Of a DNA stretch of 64,000 bases, positions 28,538 to 42,174 are shown in pieces. The DNA comes from Haplodiscus bocki (lineage: Eukaryota), in the NCBI GenBank assembly GCA_965655095.1, contig OZ296650.1, positions 44,826,001 through 44,890,000 of the forward strand. The letters run 5' to 3'. Made by a program: the position numbers and the translations under genes. The notes below the pieces were generated by a model that did not search any database, was not told the origin of the DNA, and saw only the letters and a list, made by a program, of their open reading frames with translations. Each line of letters starts with the position of its first letter. The stretch's first letter is position 1.

Positions 28538-31483
28538 CTGATACGAGGTTGGAAAAAAATCTGATCTCTCCGAAAAATGGTAGAAATTATTTGCACTTTT
28601 TCAAATATAAATCGTTTGCCTTAAATGAAGATCTAGAGGAAGTCCTCGTTAGATCTCAAGAGCGAAAATCAACTGAAAATTTTTCTTGATAATTTTGATG
28701 AACAAGCAGATAGCTCAATTACTTTATCCATAAAAGCTTCAAAGATATTTCCTCAAAATGGGGCCATGAGTTACAGTAAACCTAGTCGGCGTTCTGGTTC
28801 TAGTAAAAATGTCGATTATTAGTAATTTTTCTTTTATCATGACAACCAAACTCCCTTTGAAGCGATCAACTTCTTAAAGACTTGTTCAAAGTTGGAGCTT
28901 CTGATTATTGTGATCTACCATACCTTCCCAATTTCCAAAATTGGATATTCACCGCCATTTGCATCTACCATAAAACTTTTGTCACAAAGACAAAGCTGTT
29001 TTTCACAACACTTACGCCAGCATGAGTTCAAACGGAATTATTTGAATTTTTAGTTAACAAGAATACTGGTGATCAAACACGCTATGAGAATCAAATAAAA
29101 AAGTTAATGCTTACATATTCGCTGACAAATTAACTGCAGTTTTGTAATTCTGATTTGCTTAATAAATACAATAAAATTGTCCATTATTGATATCAATAAA
29201 GGGTAGTTTATTCGCTGCAGCAGCACCCTAAAAACTTCACCGTGAATCGTGCACCCTGGAAAATAGCCCACGTGAACAAATGTTTGCAACAAAGTTAGAG
29301 CGCATGTACAAAATCTCGGAAAAATGCAAGTTATGAACGCATTGGAAAAAATTGCAGACGCCTGTGATATAACACCTGCTTGAGCAAAAGTAACACAGAG
29401 GTAAAGCGGTGCTCCGCAAAGCTGGCAAAATGAAATCTTTCAAACTTTCGAAAGTTCGGAACAGCAATACCAATCGATACCGGAAAAAACTGTCTATAGG
29501 AACGTGAAATTTTCCAAAAAAACCAAGAGAATTTATAACCCAATTGAATACCGAAATTTTCCAACCTGCGTCTAAAAATGCTTTCTGGGGTTTTCCAAGA
29601 AGTGCGAAGTTCTTCCTTTACGCAACTGCAGAAAAATAGAAAACTACAAAGATGAGATTTTGCTTACGGATGAGGTTTTCAGTTCATCTTTGAAAAATAC
29701 ACCAAACCTAGGCACCCTACACAGCCAGGAGCCTTGCTCTAGGCCAACAAAAGTTGCTAAAAAAATGGAGTTCGAAAAAAAACATTTAGCGCAGTGACGT
29801 GTGATTTCTTAACCTATCTGATGCAATTGTAGCCACAAGGCTGATTTGGAAGGCAAATGAACGAAAAGTCTACAAAAAAATCGCTACTTTGGCAGCTTTC
29901 GGTTGAAACAGGAGTAATAAAAAAACCACTATAAATGAAAATTTCGAAACCTTGAGACATACAACACTTTGAATTAAAATTCACTAGATACGTAGTCACA
30001 AATTCAATTAGGTAGGCAAGAGTGAAAACCATTAAAGGGGCGATTTTTTCCCAAAAAACGCAAAACTGACCACAGTATAACAAAAAAAAACTGAGCATTT
30101 ATGCATAATTGCACAGCGTCTTCTGATGATGGTTTTTAATGCAGCTTAAAAGTTGACTTCGAAGGCAAACGAGCAAAATTATACCAAAAGTCGAAAAATT
30201 AGATTTTACTCCATTAATCCAACTCGTCGGAAAACAACGATAATAAACGATTTCTAATCTTTTCACTGCATTGAGCTACTCTCGCGCTTTTGCATGGTAT
30301 TACATAGACCTCGTAGCGAGTAAGTTGTTATGGAAGGCAAATAGATGAAAGATATGGGAAAAAGGGGGAATCACCTCCTTCTGGCCTACTTCAAAACTCT
30401 GAAAACGGAATTTTCGGATGAAAGTTTTCAGAAACTAGAAAAAGATTTACGTGTCGTATTGATTGTCGGAGAAGTAGTTCAAAAGGATGATTCTTCAGGC
30501 AAAAGTTACAAAAAACAGCAAAACTTGGGGCAAATTATTGCACACCCAAAACACGAAAAATTGCGACTGTTTTCCCATAAAATAGCAATACAATTGAAAA
30601 TTCTACATTCGCATTATTCTTGTCAAATTCAGTTCGACAAAATTGACTAGGTGGAAACAAACGTGGGCGAAAATGGCAAAAATCATGTATAATGGGAGAA
30701 TCGTCAGCTCCATGCTTTAAAAGAACAAAAGATTTTTTACCAATATCAAATGTCTCGGTAAAAATAGTGAATAAATTTCAAAAACTTTCAACTTGAAATG
30801 AATTTAGAAGACATCCTCAAAGCAAAAAATAAATCTCTTCCAATTCAGAAATTGGTTTTTTTTCCAAAAAAAAAAGATACTAAAAATGATAAAAATGGTG
30901 ATATGGAACGCAATTTTTTTCGCCGCGATGGGATCCGAACCCGGATGATCGTAGTAACAGACAAGAGAAGCTCATTGTTATTAATCACTAAGAGACGTGA
31001 CTAACTTCCCACAACTCATATTGTCCGAGTTGTGAACGGTACGACCGTAATAAGTTGCCGGTTTGCCAGCGTAAAAAGCGAATACTAACTATCAAGATAC
31101 CACCGGCTTAGCGTTTTGAATTTTTTTCTGAACACGTGAACACCAATATTTAGCAAGATAAAACCTCCCCGTAAAACCAGAAAAGATAATAGAAAAAATA
31201 ATTTGGAAAAAAAGCCAGCACCAAAAGTCGAGGGATGGATTGGATAAATATGGCAATCACGGTTTGATTATTATTCAAGCTTCAAATGCATTTGAATCCA
31301 AGAAAGTACTCAGTGTTCAATCGGCCTAATTTTTGGTGTTTATAATGAAGTGCCCAATGATTGCGGTAAATAATTGAAGCCTATCGTATAAATTACAAAT
31401 CAGACGTGGAAACAGGACAACTCCGAAAGGCCCTAGAACAGATATAAAAATGTATCAAGAAAAAATGTGCAGACAAGCCTCAC

Positions 31484-31941
31484 TGTTTTCTATGAAAATG
31501 AATTCCAGCATTTTTTCGCAAAATATCTTCCAACCCCGCGTTGATAACAGTTCTCAGGCTGCGAATCTGTCCAGGAGTTCTTCCGCTCTGGATTTTATCA
31601 AGAATCAAATTCACGTCTGATGAAATATCTATCTTGGCCAGCCCAAAATCGGTCAACTTCACATGACCTCGTTTATCAATGAGGCAATTATCAGGCTTGA
31701 TATCTCTGTGAACTATTTTGTGATCACTCAGAAATTTCAAGGCAAGGGCTATTTCGGCAGTGTAGAACGCGATCATATAGTCGCTGAAACATCCGCAAAT
31801 TTCCAGAAGGGATTTCAGGTCGCCTCCTACTAAGTATTCCATGACTAAATATACTTTATTCAAACTCTGCAGGCAGTAAAGTAGCTTCACAACGTGTGGG
31901 TTGTCTTCTAAAATTGCCAACGCATTCTTTTCCTCTTGCGC
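31484..31941 (-). CDS. gwl: Greatwall/MASTL Ser/Thr kinase, internal exon (kinase subdomains III-VII and start of the insert)
   Basis: AQEEKNALAILEDNPHVVKLLYCLQSLNKVYLVMEYLVGGDLKSLL...HRDIKPDN...KLTDFGL...RTPGQIRSL matches Greatwall, including the family RTPGQ motif after DFG. Acceptor tttcatttcag|GCG at 31942/31941 (phase 0). Probable donor CA|GTGAGG at 31484/31483 (phase 2). Confidence 0.9.
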
Positions 31942-33915
31942 CTGAAATGAAACTCTACTTGAGCCACTTCAATATTTTCCATCCCTGGTCAACACAAAAG
32001 TCCAAATTGAGTCGTTTTTGCGACGAGACTTTTATTAAATTCAAAACGTAGGGGCGTCTTTCCAAAATCGCAACAAAACAACATTGTCTGGCCGAAGAGT
32101 TGTTTAATATTGAGGCCGAAGTTTTTGACTACCGTCAGATACGTCTTCTACAATTAGAATATCTCCTATTGAGAAGTCAAGAGAAACAAATTAATATACC
32201 AGACAAAAAACAATGATGAGAATCCATCTAAAAAAATACTATTTGCTTCAGTGTTTGTTACTATGTTAGCTCTTGATGAAATATCTAGATACAGTAAAGG
32301 ACATGAAACAACTTGAAATAGAGAACTATTCAAAATAAAAGAAGTTAATCCAACAATTTCGGTAACTTATACATTAAAAGACAGAGGAGTTATCCGAGGA
32401 AAATATTATAAACCAGACAAGCTACTGAAACATAATTGTAATATTATAAACAAGACGGCCGGCTACCACCAGCAAATTTTCCGCCCTACCATTTTGTAAA
32501 GATGCCTTTTTTAAAAGATGAAAGCGTTATTTGATCAAAATTACTTTTTGGATAGGTATGTCTTTACTATGAATTTCATCAAAAATTTGAACGGTTACCA
32601 CTGATATCGAAAAAAGCGTCGAAATAGGTCACTTCGCAATTTTAAGAGCTGTACAACACTTCGGAAATTTCTAGTTTTCGGATTTTTTTGAATAAGCTGA
32701 AAAATTGATACTCCCTCTCAGCCTTCTAAGTTTCAACAGTACCTGCTTCGTGCGGATGTTCCTAGTCATTGAGACCACAAAAAAGAATCCGAAAAAATTA
32801 AGGAAATATGAAAGCTCTATTATAATTATCCGTTTTTTTTTAAATTTATTTTTTTTCTTTCTTCGAAAATTGTTATTCATACCTTCTAGGCCTCACTTGG
32901 ATTTTGACACGCTATAGCCAGGGCTGGTTGGAAAGCAGATCTGTTGCTCTCGTTACCAGTCCTCTCCGAGTCTCTCCACTAAATATCGAAGTTATATAAT
33001 TTTTGATAACATTCGGAGAAATTAATTTGTCTTATTTTCAAAATACTTTTTCTTCATCGTACTTTCGAATTTTTCCGACTTTGAAAGTTTTCTATTTTAG
33101 CCAAAAAACCTCATATTTAAGGTGGAAAAGAAATTTTTAGGAAGTACTAACATTTGATACGCATTCTGCAGAACAATTGCCACAATTAGCGATTTTGAAA
33201 AATTGAAAGTAGTTCCTCGAAAAAACCAATCTATTTTTTCAAAAAAAAATTCGTTCGTTTTGGGAAATCTTAATTTTTCTAGTCTCATTGTACAAATTTG
33301 CTACAACCTGGTGAATTTTCACAGTCAGAAAGTGTCCCAATATTGGACAATATCAATTGGCAGACATCAGGTTTAAAAAAAAACGTTCCAGTTGAGAGGA
33401 TGATTCTCCTTCCATAGTTTATAAATCGGGCGGAAAAGAACAAGACGAACTACTAAATTCAAATAATATAACCCTAGAGTATGAATATTTTACGTCAATT
33501 AAAAAAGTAATCAGCTGAATAATTTTTCAAAGAAACTTTAAATGACTTTCTTTTTGCCCAATAAAAAAAACGGAAAAGGGTTGAAATTGCCGTTATTGAG
33601 TATAATCGAAAATATCAATCAGAATATGAAAAGAAAAAGCATCTCATGGCTATAAAATTTCCAAAAAACTGTAAATGATGTAATCTTTATTTAGATCTGA
33701 TCAAAAAAGATGTGCATCAAAATTCTACCGTACAAAAACAGAGGTGATGAAAACTAGTGAAGACTGTAAGAAAAACATTGCTGATAAAACTAGACATCTC
33801 CTGAGCGAAACTCATAAGCTTCCCAGGAGCTAACCACGATGAACTTCGTGAGAATCAATAAAGCCATAACACCAATAACAAAGTCCTGGATTAAGAGCAA
33901 ACGATACATCGTTTT

Positions 33916-34062
33916 CAAACAAACAAACCAAACAAACTAAACAAACCAAATGAACCAAACAAACCAAACAAATCTATCAAACCAAACAAACAAACAAACA
34001 AAACAAAGCCAACCAAACAAACAAAACAAACAAAAAAAAACAAACAAAAACAAACAAACAAA
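33916..34062. repeat. (AAAC)n/(AAACC)n microsatellite
   Basis: Directly visible. Confidence 0.95.
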
Positions 34063-35625
34063 TCCTCTCGTGGTTGAGTTAGCGCATGAGAGGAACAATT
34101 TAATGATTATAAAACCGTAGTAAAAAGTAAAAAACCGTAAAAAGAAACACGTGTACAGATAAGAACGTCCGTCTACTCAATGATTATTATATTAAGGAAC
34201 CAATGAACGAGAAAACCAGCCTCACTTATTTCCCCAGGTATTTCAAATTTTGCTCGGTACTTTATGGTTGGGAATCGATTTTTCTAAGCGGATAAATTCT
34301 GATATGATCTATAAGTATGATACGGGTTAATTTCACAATAGTTTGATAAAGCATTGATAACCAACAACTTCAATGAACTGGTTTCGTTTTCGAAGATATA
34401 ACTGACATCAACTTCCGAATCTAAAAAGTAAACGACAAATAAACCTCCTCCGAAGTGCTTTTCCATGTTAAATACAGAAGCAATAAATCAACTACTAAAA
34501 TGCAAAATCATTCTCATTATTGATTCCATTGATCAATACTACCACACATGAGCCTAGTCAAAGAAGAGTCATAAAATACAAAAACAACTCAAAAGCAAAA
34601 AATCCAGAAAACCCTATGAAAATAAAAGATAATCCTTAACTCCTACGAAGAAATGAAAGGATTTGACTGATCAACGATGTTTTTGATTCCCGTCTACATT
34701 AACAAAGCTTATAGTGAGAAGAAAAATGATCGTTGTTTATATCAATTACTGACTTTTGAGAAAAATAACAAAGTTACATAAATTATTATCACGTAATAGA
34801 AATCTGAGATGAATTCGTGAAGGATGGATAAAATATTCTATGGTGAATTAGCTGTGAATGAACATATTGAAAGATGAGAGGAAAAAGAACCTAGAAGAAC
34901 AGTTTTCTCTAACAAGAATAGTTTAATGTTTGAGGATTATCATATGGAACAAGATGTCCCCATAAGAACTTTATTCGGAGTTAGAATGCCCAAACATCTC
35001 AAGAATTAAACAGTCATCAAACGGTAATTCGTAATGCTCTTGGTTATAATTTTACACAGGCTTCAGAGAAATTTTACGATATCATACATAATTTGAAGAT
35101 GTTAAAGCTCCGATAAATTTGTTTTTAGAGCATAGGATGGAATTGGAGAAAGAAGCCAGTGAAAACTGTTACACAACTGTTTTTATTATTATGACTTAGG
35201 AAGTGAAGTATAAAACACATAATAATTGTTAGTTATGAAAAGGCGAGTCGTATGAAGTAAGAGACCACAAATATTCATTTTGCGGGAAAGCACACAGTCA
35301 CAGGGCCTGGTACAGGTAATCTAAACTGAAAACCAAAGAACTTTGTCTCAAAACTCTCTCATAACTTCTGGTGATAGCAATTTCGTATATGAAGAACTTT
35401 CAATACCTTTTTACAATGCACACAGAAAACCAGTGATAACACCCAACTCAATGAAAAAATAGGTATCAGTTCAGGTCGGTCGGTTAAGACTCCTGGATAG
35501 TTCTTTTCTTTTTCCCTGAGTGAACTGATTAAGTTCAGGTAAGTCCCCCCCCATATGGATAAACACGATTTTGAAGATGCAGTGTGCGAGCATATTCTTC
35601 TGAAAAGTTTACTCATTAAATTTTA

Positions 35626-37828
35626 GGTGTCAGGATATTTCACCCCAGGACATTTAACCCCGGCACAATTCACCCCATGGACGTTTCACCCCACAGACAT
35701 TTCACCCCGATTTGAAAAGTAGCTTTAATTGACGCCTATATTAATATACATGGTGAACAATAAGATTCTATCGATAGCACCGTAAATAAAATCAGGTGTA
35801 AATGGCAATAATTATGTGCGAAGGCCCTAAAATTAAGTGTTAATTACAATATTCTCCTGCTAATTCAGTCAATTGAGTGAAAAATATAAGGTGCAGAACA
35901 AAGAACTACAAACAGTTATTTAATTAGACTTCCTAATTAGCATGATCAGATGCTTTCAAAATAGAGGTGAAACGTCCGTACTTACGAAGACAATACGCAG
36001 AAAATGCCGCGAAGCAAAAGATGAAGAAAAAGGAACAAAAATGCCGAGACGTTGAAGACCTTGAAAATAGAAACGAGAATATGAAAATGTATCAACTTGT
36101 CAGACAATTTGCATCAAAAGAAAAAACTAAACAAACAAAGCAATAGCCGATAAAAATGGATCCCTTTTATGCGAAAAAGACAAGATAAACAAACGATGGA
36201 AAGAATACATGGAAGAGCTATATGACAGTAAGCTTGAAAGACCAGAATACAAGACGACTGAAAACGATGAAATATCTCTCGTGCAAATGTGGCAAGGGGA
36301 ATCAGCAACAACCGATCCCCGGGAAGTGACGGCATCCTATAGAATTTCTGAAGTATGGTGGTAACAGAACACTGTCACCAGTCTGAAACAAATTCATCGA
36401 ATCTATCAGCAAGAAGAAATTCTGGAAGAGTGGTTCGAATCAATCTTTGTGGAAATCCCAAAAAAGTCAGGAACAAAAAAGTGTGAAGAGCACAGAACAA
36501 CTGCGCTTATACCTCACGCAATGAAGATATCATGCACAACAATGTACAATCTGATTAGCACCAAAATTAACAGGCAACTAGACCCGCTACAATTTGGTTT
36601 TAGACCAAAGGTTGGAACTGTGGAAAGTATTACAGCTCTAAAAACGATCCTGAATAACAGAATAAATCATGGGAAAAGTTCTTACCTTTGTTTTAATGAC
36701 TTTACAAAAACCTTTGACAGAGTTGAGCACAAAATGCTCATTGACGTCCTGAAGAAGAAATGAGTGAAACAAGCTGAAATTCGTCTGATTTGCGAAATAT
36801 ACAACAAAGAACGAGCATTCATGCGAAACGACAGTGAGCGAGAAAACAAAATGAAAATAAAACGAGGCGTCAGGCAAGGGTGTATCCTTTCACCCATTCT
36901 GTTTAATATCTACGCCGAAGACGCCTTTAGAAGCTGCAAGATTAAAAACAGGATCGAAATATATGAGAAAAAGAAAATATACAAAATCAGTTACGCAGAT
37001 GACACAGTTAAAATGGCCGAAAGCGAGAAGTAACTGAATGACACTCCGAATAAAATAAAAAATAACCTGCAGAAGTGGTCGATTGAAATAAATCCAAAGA
37101 AAACAAAATGCATGGTTGTGACAGACAATGAAACTCAAAAAATAGATATACAAATTGGTGATGACAAGTTAGAACAAGTCAGTAATTTTCAGTACTTGGG
37201 ATGATGGATAATTGAGACGATGAAACATGACGTAGATGTCCGGGCCAAAATTGCGAAATCCAAGCAAGCCTTCTGGAAACACAAAGAACTCATGCGAAAC
37301 AACATTAGATTCAAGACGAAACTGCGATTACTAAAAACTCAAGTATGGTCTATATTGAGATACGGATCGGAATGCTTTGCACTGACGAAATCGCTTCAAA
37401 AGAAAATTACAGCCTTTGAATTCTGGTGCTACAGACGAATATTAAAAGATCAGCTGGAACGACTATGTCTCAAATGAAGAAGTTCTTCTAAAAGTTAAAA
37501 TTGAAAAACCTGAACTCCTGCAATCAGTTATTAAAAGGAAAATCAGATACCTGGGACACATACTTAGACAATCTGCAGGAAAAGATCTGAACAAAATGAC
37601 GATGATTGTTAATGAAAAGAAAGGAAGAGGAAAAAGAAAAACAAATTGGACTTCGATTGTATTCGAGAAAATGAAAAAAAAGGATATGAGAACTGCAGAA
37701 CTAAAAGCAAATGACAAAGAGAAGTGGAAGAAAATGGAAGATGGAACCTAAGATCGCAACGGTCATGGTGAAAAGAAGAAGAAATGTTCGTGGGGTGAAA
37801 TGTTTGTGGGGTGAAATGTCCTGAAACC
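35626..37828. mobile_element. Non-autonomous TIR element (MITE/foldback-like) interrupted by an RTE LINE
   Basis: TIR GGTGTCAGGATATTTCACCCC vs reverse complement GGTTTCAGGACATTTCACCCC; internal GACATTTCACCCC subrepeats. Flanks AAATTTTA / AAAATTTA match 7/8. Confidence 0.7.
35980..37780 (+). mobile_element. 5'-truncated, decayed RTE-clade LINE
   Basis: RT fragments (IPKK...HAMKI, QFGFR, DFTKTFDRV, GVRQGCILSPILFNIY, YADD, LRYGSEC, FEFWCYRRIL) with stops and frameshifts. (GAA)n tail; degenerate TSD GAAACGTCCGT (35969-35979) / GAAATGTTCGT (37781-37791). Confidence 0.88.
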
Positions 37829-38088
37829 AAAATTTACTTCCAACTTTTCATTTATCTTGTAAAAACTTTTTGATCTCTCAATCGAAGATACTCAGCCGAT
37901 GAAGATAAGCAGAAGACAAAAAAGTTAGAAAGTATAAAAACAAAATTGGTGAACATGTCAGTGATATGCATCAACATGGAAAAACGTGGAATTGCAGACA
38001 CAGAGATGAAACTGGGTCACTTTTGTTGACCCTGGACCCATGTGACCCAAATGAACCCTGACCCTGGACCCAGTAAGTTGGATGGAAT

Positions 38089-38259
38089 GGAAGTAAAACA
38101 ACTTTTACAAACAGCCCATCCGAAAAGAATTTTGTCATCTTTCTTTGCCGCGCTGAAATATTTCCAACATTCCGAAACCCCATTTGTCTTCGGGAATAAT
38201 TGAATAGTTCCCTCACTGATGCCTTTTCTTATTTCCTCAGCTGTAAATTGGGAGTTCAT
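38089..38259 (-). pseudogene. N-terminal BED zinc-finger fragment of a hAT transposase
   Basis: MNSQF...SECWKYF...GWAVCKSC, then runs directly into the subterminal repeats (deletion). Confidence 0.7.
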
Positions 38260-38283
38260 AATATGATCATGAACTCCGGCTCA

Positions 38284-38551
38284 AAAACGGAATGAACGAA
38301 CGAAGAATATGATTATGAACGAAATAATATCCGGTTTATAAAACGGAATGAACGAATGATGAATATGAACGATGAATATGATTATGAACGAAATAAAATC
38401 CGGTCCATAAAACGGAATGAACGAACGATGAGTATGAACGATGAATATGATTATGAACGAAATATTATCCGGTTCATAAAATGGAATGAACGAACGATGA
38501 ATATGAACGATGAATATGATTATGAACGAAATAATATCCAGTTCATAAAAC
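38284..38551. repeat. ~69-bp minisatellite in the hAT, split by the MULE (continues 53127-53190)
   Basis: Unit AAAACGGAATGAACGAACGATGAATATGAACGATGAATATGATTATGAACGAAATAATATCCGGTTCAT, starting at about 38284, 38340, 38409 and 38478. Confidence 0.9.
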
Positions 38552-38727
38552 GGTAACGTCTCATAGCTCCGAAATTAGGAAACTAGGTGCATAACTCCGA
38601 ATAAAGTCAGCGTACCTAGAGTTTATTTAGTAGCATTTTCGCAGCAATTAAAAGACCTAATTGAGAGGCGGAAGTAAATACAAAATGAATGAATTGATTA
38701 AAATAAATAAAATCAAGTAGTCCCGAT

Positions 38728-40193
38728 ATGCGAAAAATATCGGAGGTAAATACAAAAATGAAGGGAAAATTGTCAGAAACAAAATTATTGTCTTTCAACA
38801 TGCCTTTACTAGAAGTAATTCAACCAAAAAGAGGAAAAATTGTATTTTTCGATAATTTTCGCTATACCATAAACAAGAAAACTCCTATTTCAATTTATTT
38901 GGAATGTTTCCGGAAATGTGGCGTGAGAATGATCGCAAACGATTCGCGAACAGAAAATACCAAATACCCTGGGCAACACAACCATGAGGAGGAAGTCGAA
39001 GAAGTAAAAAAAGAAAAAATGCGTCAAAAATTGATTTCAGCAGTAAAGAGAGACCCGACAAAAGTTTTGAAAGAAGTTTACGAAAATGTTCTTGAATCTA
39101 ACCCTGCCGATCCTTGTCCCGAATATTTTTCGGTGAAACCAACTTTATATCGCGAAAGAAGTAGAGAAGTGCCGCAGGTGCCAACTTCTGCTGGTACTCC
39201 TATGATAACTGGTAGGTGGGCACGAACTCTTACTGGCTCACGATTTTTGCTGAAAAACGACCAAAATTCGGGCATTGTTGTTTTCGCCACCGAACAATTT
39301 TCACAACTCATTACTGAAACCGCAATTATTATTACTGATGGGACTTTCAAGGCTTGCCCATATTCCTTTGAACAACTTTATTTTTGAACATGTTATTTTC
39401 GGAACTTTTGATGAAAGGAAAATTCCACTAATTTTTTCGTTCTTGGAAGGAAAGACTACTACTCATCATTATAGAAGACTTTTTCAGATTATCAAGCAAA
39501 AAATCGGCCAAAAGTTCAATATTCTCCACTGGGCTCCCGAAAAAATTATATCCGATTTTGAGACAGGATTGATTCCAGCGGTACAAACAGAATTTCCTAA
39601 TGCAATTCATTGGGGCTGTTATTTCCATTTCACGCAGGTTATTTTTCGCAGAATTCAAAATTCGGGCCTCCAAATCCCTTACCGAAGAGACGAACATTTG
39701 AAAAAAAATTTTCCGGAAAATTATGTCTGTGGGTTTCCTACCATTGGGGGAAATTCGAAATGCTATTGTGGATTTATTGGACGAAGAGCCCACCCGGACT
39801 CTTTTCTTCCGATACCCAGAATTACGAGATTTTTTCCAATAATTTCATAATACATGGTTTTTGACTTTTCCCCCAGAAATGTGGAACGTTTTCGAAAGAC
39901 CTTCCAGAATGCGAACAACAAATATTTGCGAAGGCTGGAATAGTTCCTGGAACCGTAGAACCCGTCGTGGGAGGCCCAATTTTTGGTTGGGAATCCGATT
40001 CTTGAAGGTGCAAGAAAGAGTAATTAAGAATACTGTAAATAGAATGCAAGCCGGAGAGATGTCACCCCGCCAACGCCGAAAATGGAGAACCCTAAACTCC
40101 CAAATTGAAGCCCTAAAAATTTCACTAACCAGCGGAAACCGTTCGCTGATGAATTATTGGAAAGCTGTTTCGTATGTTTGTAAATCTATGTAA
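38728..40193 (+). pseudogene. FLYWCH-MULE transposase, frameshifted
   Basis: FLYWCH-like FDNFRY...YLEC...C...HNH; TDGTFK, SDFETGL, CYFHF, TTNICEGWN. Split across at least three frames. Confidence 0.88.
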
Positions 40194-40232
40194 ATGGTTT
40201 TCCAATAATAATGCTCTTTCTTATTTTTGAAT

Positions 40233-40941
40233 TTTAACAACCGTAATTTTATTGGAAAATTGGCAGCAAGAGTTTAGAGTTCTCATTTCTTTCAATATTT
40301 CGGATGCGAGGACGGTTGTTTGTGTTAGGTACTCTTTGGGATTGTTCTAAGAGAAAAATCTAGTTTTTGCTTTAAGACTGAATTTAACTTTAATATTTTA
40401 ACACAGTTCACTTACATTAATGATGATCAGAAGAATAGCAAAGTGTCCAGAGTTTTTCTTTCTTTTTTTCTTCTTTTTCAAGCAGCTTCTTCTCGTTTCG
40501 CTTCTGTGTTCCAATGATCGCTGATTTTTCTTTTTGTTGCTTTTTTTCTTGTTTCGAATTCACGATTATTCAAGTTTTTAAACAGGATAACAATTAACAG
40601 CAGAATGTTGGAGGATTCATGTTTTTAAGATAATTTACAAGTTTAGATTAACATGAAAGTTTATAAATTGAGGCCTGGTTATAAGTTTAGATGCGTATGA
40701 AAATCAACAAGTTAGGACTGGAATATAAGGTAACATATGAAAATGATAGTTTATGATAAGATATTTTGCCACTTCAAGTGTGAGTTTACTTTGCTAATTG
40801 AATACAAACTGAAACATGATTGTTTTAAAAGAGGCCTGTTTATGGGGCTGGGGGACGAAAGATGAAAATATTAATCTCAAGTGGATGACAAGTATTTGCT
40901 TGCAAGAGTTGTTCGTACAGGTTCATACAGGGGCCGCTACA
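40233..40941 (-). repeat. 3' LTR (709 bp)
   Basis: Only one mismatch to the 5' LTR seen by eye (g40659 vs c52698). Preceded by the PPT; AATAAA at 40253-40248. Confidence 0.96.
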
Positions 40942-40954
40942 ACTACTCCCCTTC
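40942..40954 (-). promoter_or_regulatory. Polypurine tract
   Basis: GAAGGGGAGTAGT directly before the TG of the 3' LTR. Confidence 0.8.
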
Positions 40955-40994
40955 GCAGGAAATTGCGTCCGCGCAATTGTAGGGAAGAGAAAAA

Positions 40995-42075
40995 TCAGGA
41001 TGTGGAGAAGAGCATGAATAATTGTGGGAATTCACAGCGGCCTTGCTTGGTAAAATTGTCATCAGCGTCTCGAGGGGTGCAACGGTAGCAACGAAGAGAA
41101 GAATCCAGGAGGCGACGGAATCCGAGAAGACCACAGTGGTCATACACTTTGCGAAGGCCAGGATGTGTTAACACACGTTTGATGTTGGTAAGGAGGGGAA
41201 CAAGACGAGAGGCAGCTACGGCGTGGTCGGTAGTGGGTGAAGCTTTGTCAGGGTGTAGGCAGCGTAGGAGTGTGTTGGCATGACGGACAAGTGTAGACAT
41301 ATCGGCGGAAGGGTTGCAGCAAAGAAAATGATAGAATGTGTCGTCCGGTGTGGCAGGGTCGTTAAAATCAGTGGGAAGAGATAAGAGATGATGTTGAATC
41401 ATAGAAGCCAACGCTTTGGTGTGGGAGCCGTCTAAGGAGGTGAGTTGAGTGCGGAGGGAACTAATTTCGTCAAGATGTCGGAGGGAATCAGCCATCAGGC
41501 TATTGTGAGTACGGTTTAAGTCAGCCAAGGAAGAACGGAGTTGTTGAGATTCAGCTGTGAGCTGTTCAATTTGCTTGCGGGCGGAGGCAGCAGCCAAATC
41601 TGCTTCAGTGTACATATCGTAAAATACTTCAGCCTCACGCCGGGCATCTTGGAAAGCCTTGTCCAGTTGGGTGACAGAAGAGAAGTCGGTAGTAATGGTG
41701 ACCCAATCATTGAGAGCGGTCTCTGTATCCATGTTGGCTTGGGTGGATGTATCCATGACGTCGGGGAGAACGGGAGGAGGCAAGGGTTCTGGGCAGAAAC
41801 AGTTTGTTGTGGGGAGGTCAGCGGAGGCAAAAGTTTCAGAAGTAGTGGGTGGAGGCAACCAGATTTGGCGGATTGAACGCTTAAAAGGACGGTCTCTCGA
41901 ATTGATCTTTTGTAAACAAACGGAATCACTGTCTGGGGACAACTTGGTGATGCGATATTGGATGTCCTCTACCAGATACACATGATCACCGACAGCGACA
42001 GGGTGGATGCGTCCAGAACTTATTAGCACAGGGTGGCGGCGGGCAGGGTGGGTGCTGAAGAAGTTGAAGTTAGAC
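40995..42075 (-). CDS. Accessory ORF: SH3/KOW-like N-terminus, coiled coil, DnaJ J-domain (HPD) and CxxC; predicted 360 aa after splicing
   Basis: Open frame with no in-frame ATG at its 5' end, preceded by a branch/polypyrimidine/acceptor run ctaaac...ttcttgatgtttcag|G. The C-terminal TFYHFLCCNPSADMSTLVRHANTLLRCLHPDK...[15 protein letters not shown] (41342-41130) is in register with the DnaJ consensus. Confidence 0.82.
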
Positions 42076-42174
42076 CTGAAACATCAAGAAGTGAGACAAA
42101 TACAGTTTAGGTAAAAAGTGACAAAAGGGAGAAGAAAAAAAGAAAAAGTGGAGGGGGGAAAAAGGGGAAGGTGG

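Noticed and set aside
30917-30975. tRNA-like B-box (GGTTCGGATCCC on minus); similar at ~14965 and ~15840
   Set aside because: No complete cloverleaf; at most SINE remnants.
32743-32761. Possible 19-nt gwl microexon (NIRTKQ, donor CAG|GTACTG, phase 0)
   Set aside because: The phase fits, but it is too short to support without transcripts.
38284-38551. Regular repeat array superficially like CRISPR, with a 66-aa repetitive ORF
   Set aside because: No unique spacers, eukaryotic context and no cas genes; it is a plain minisatellite.
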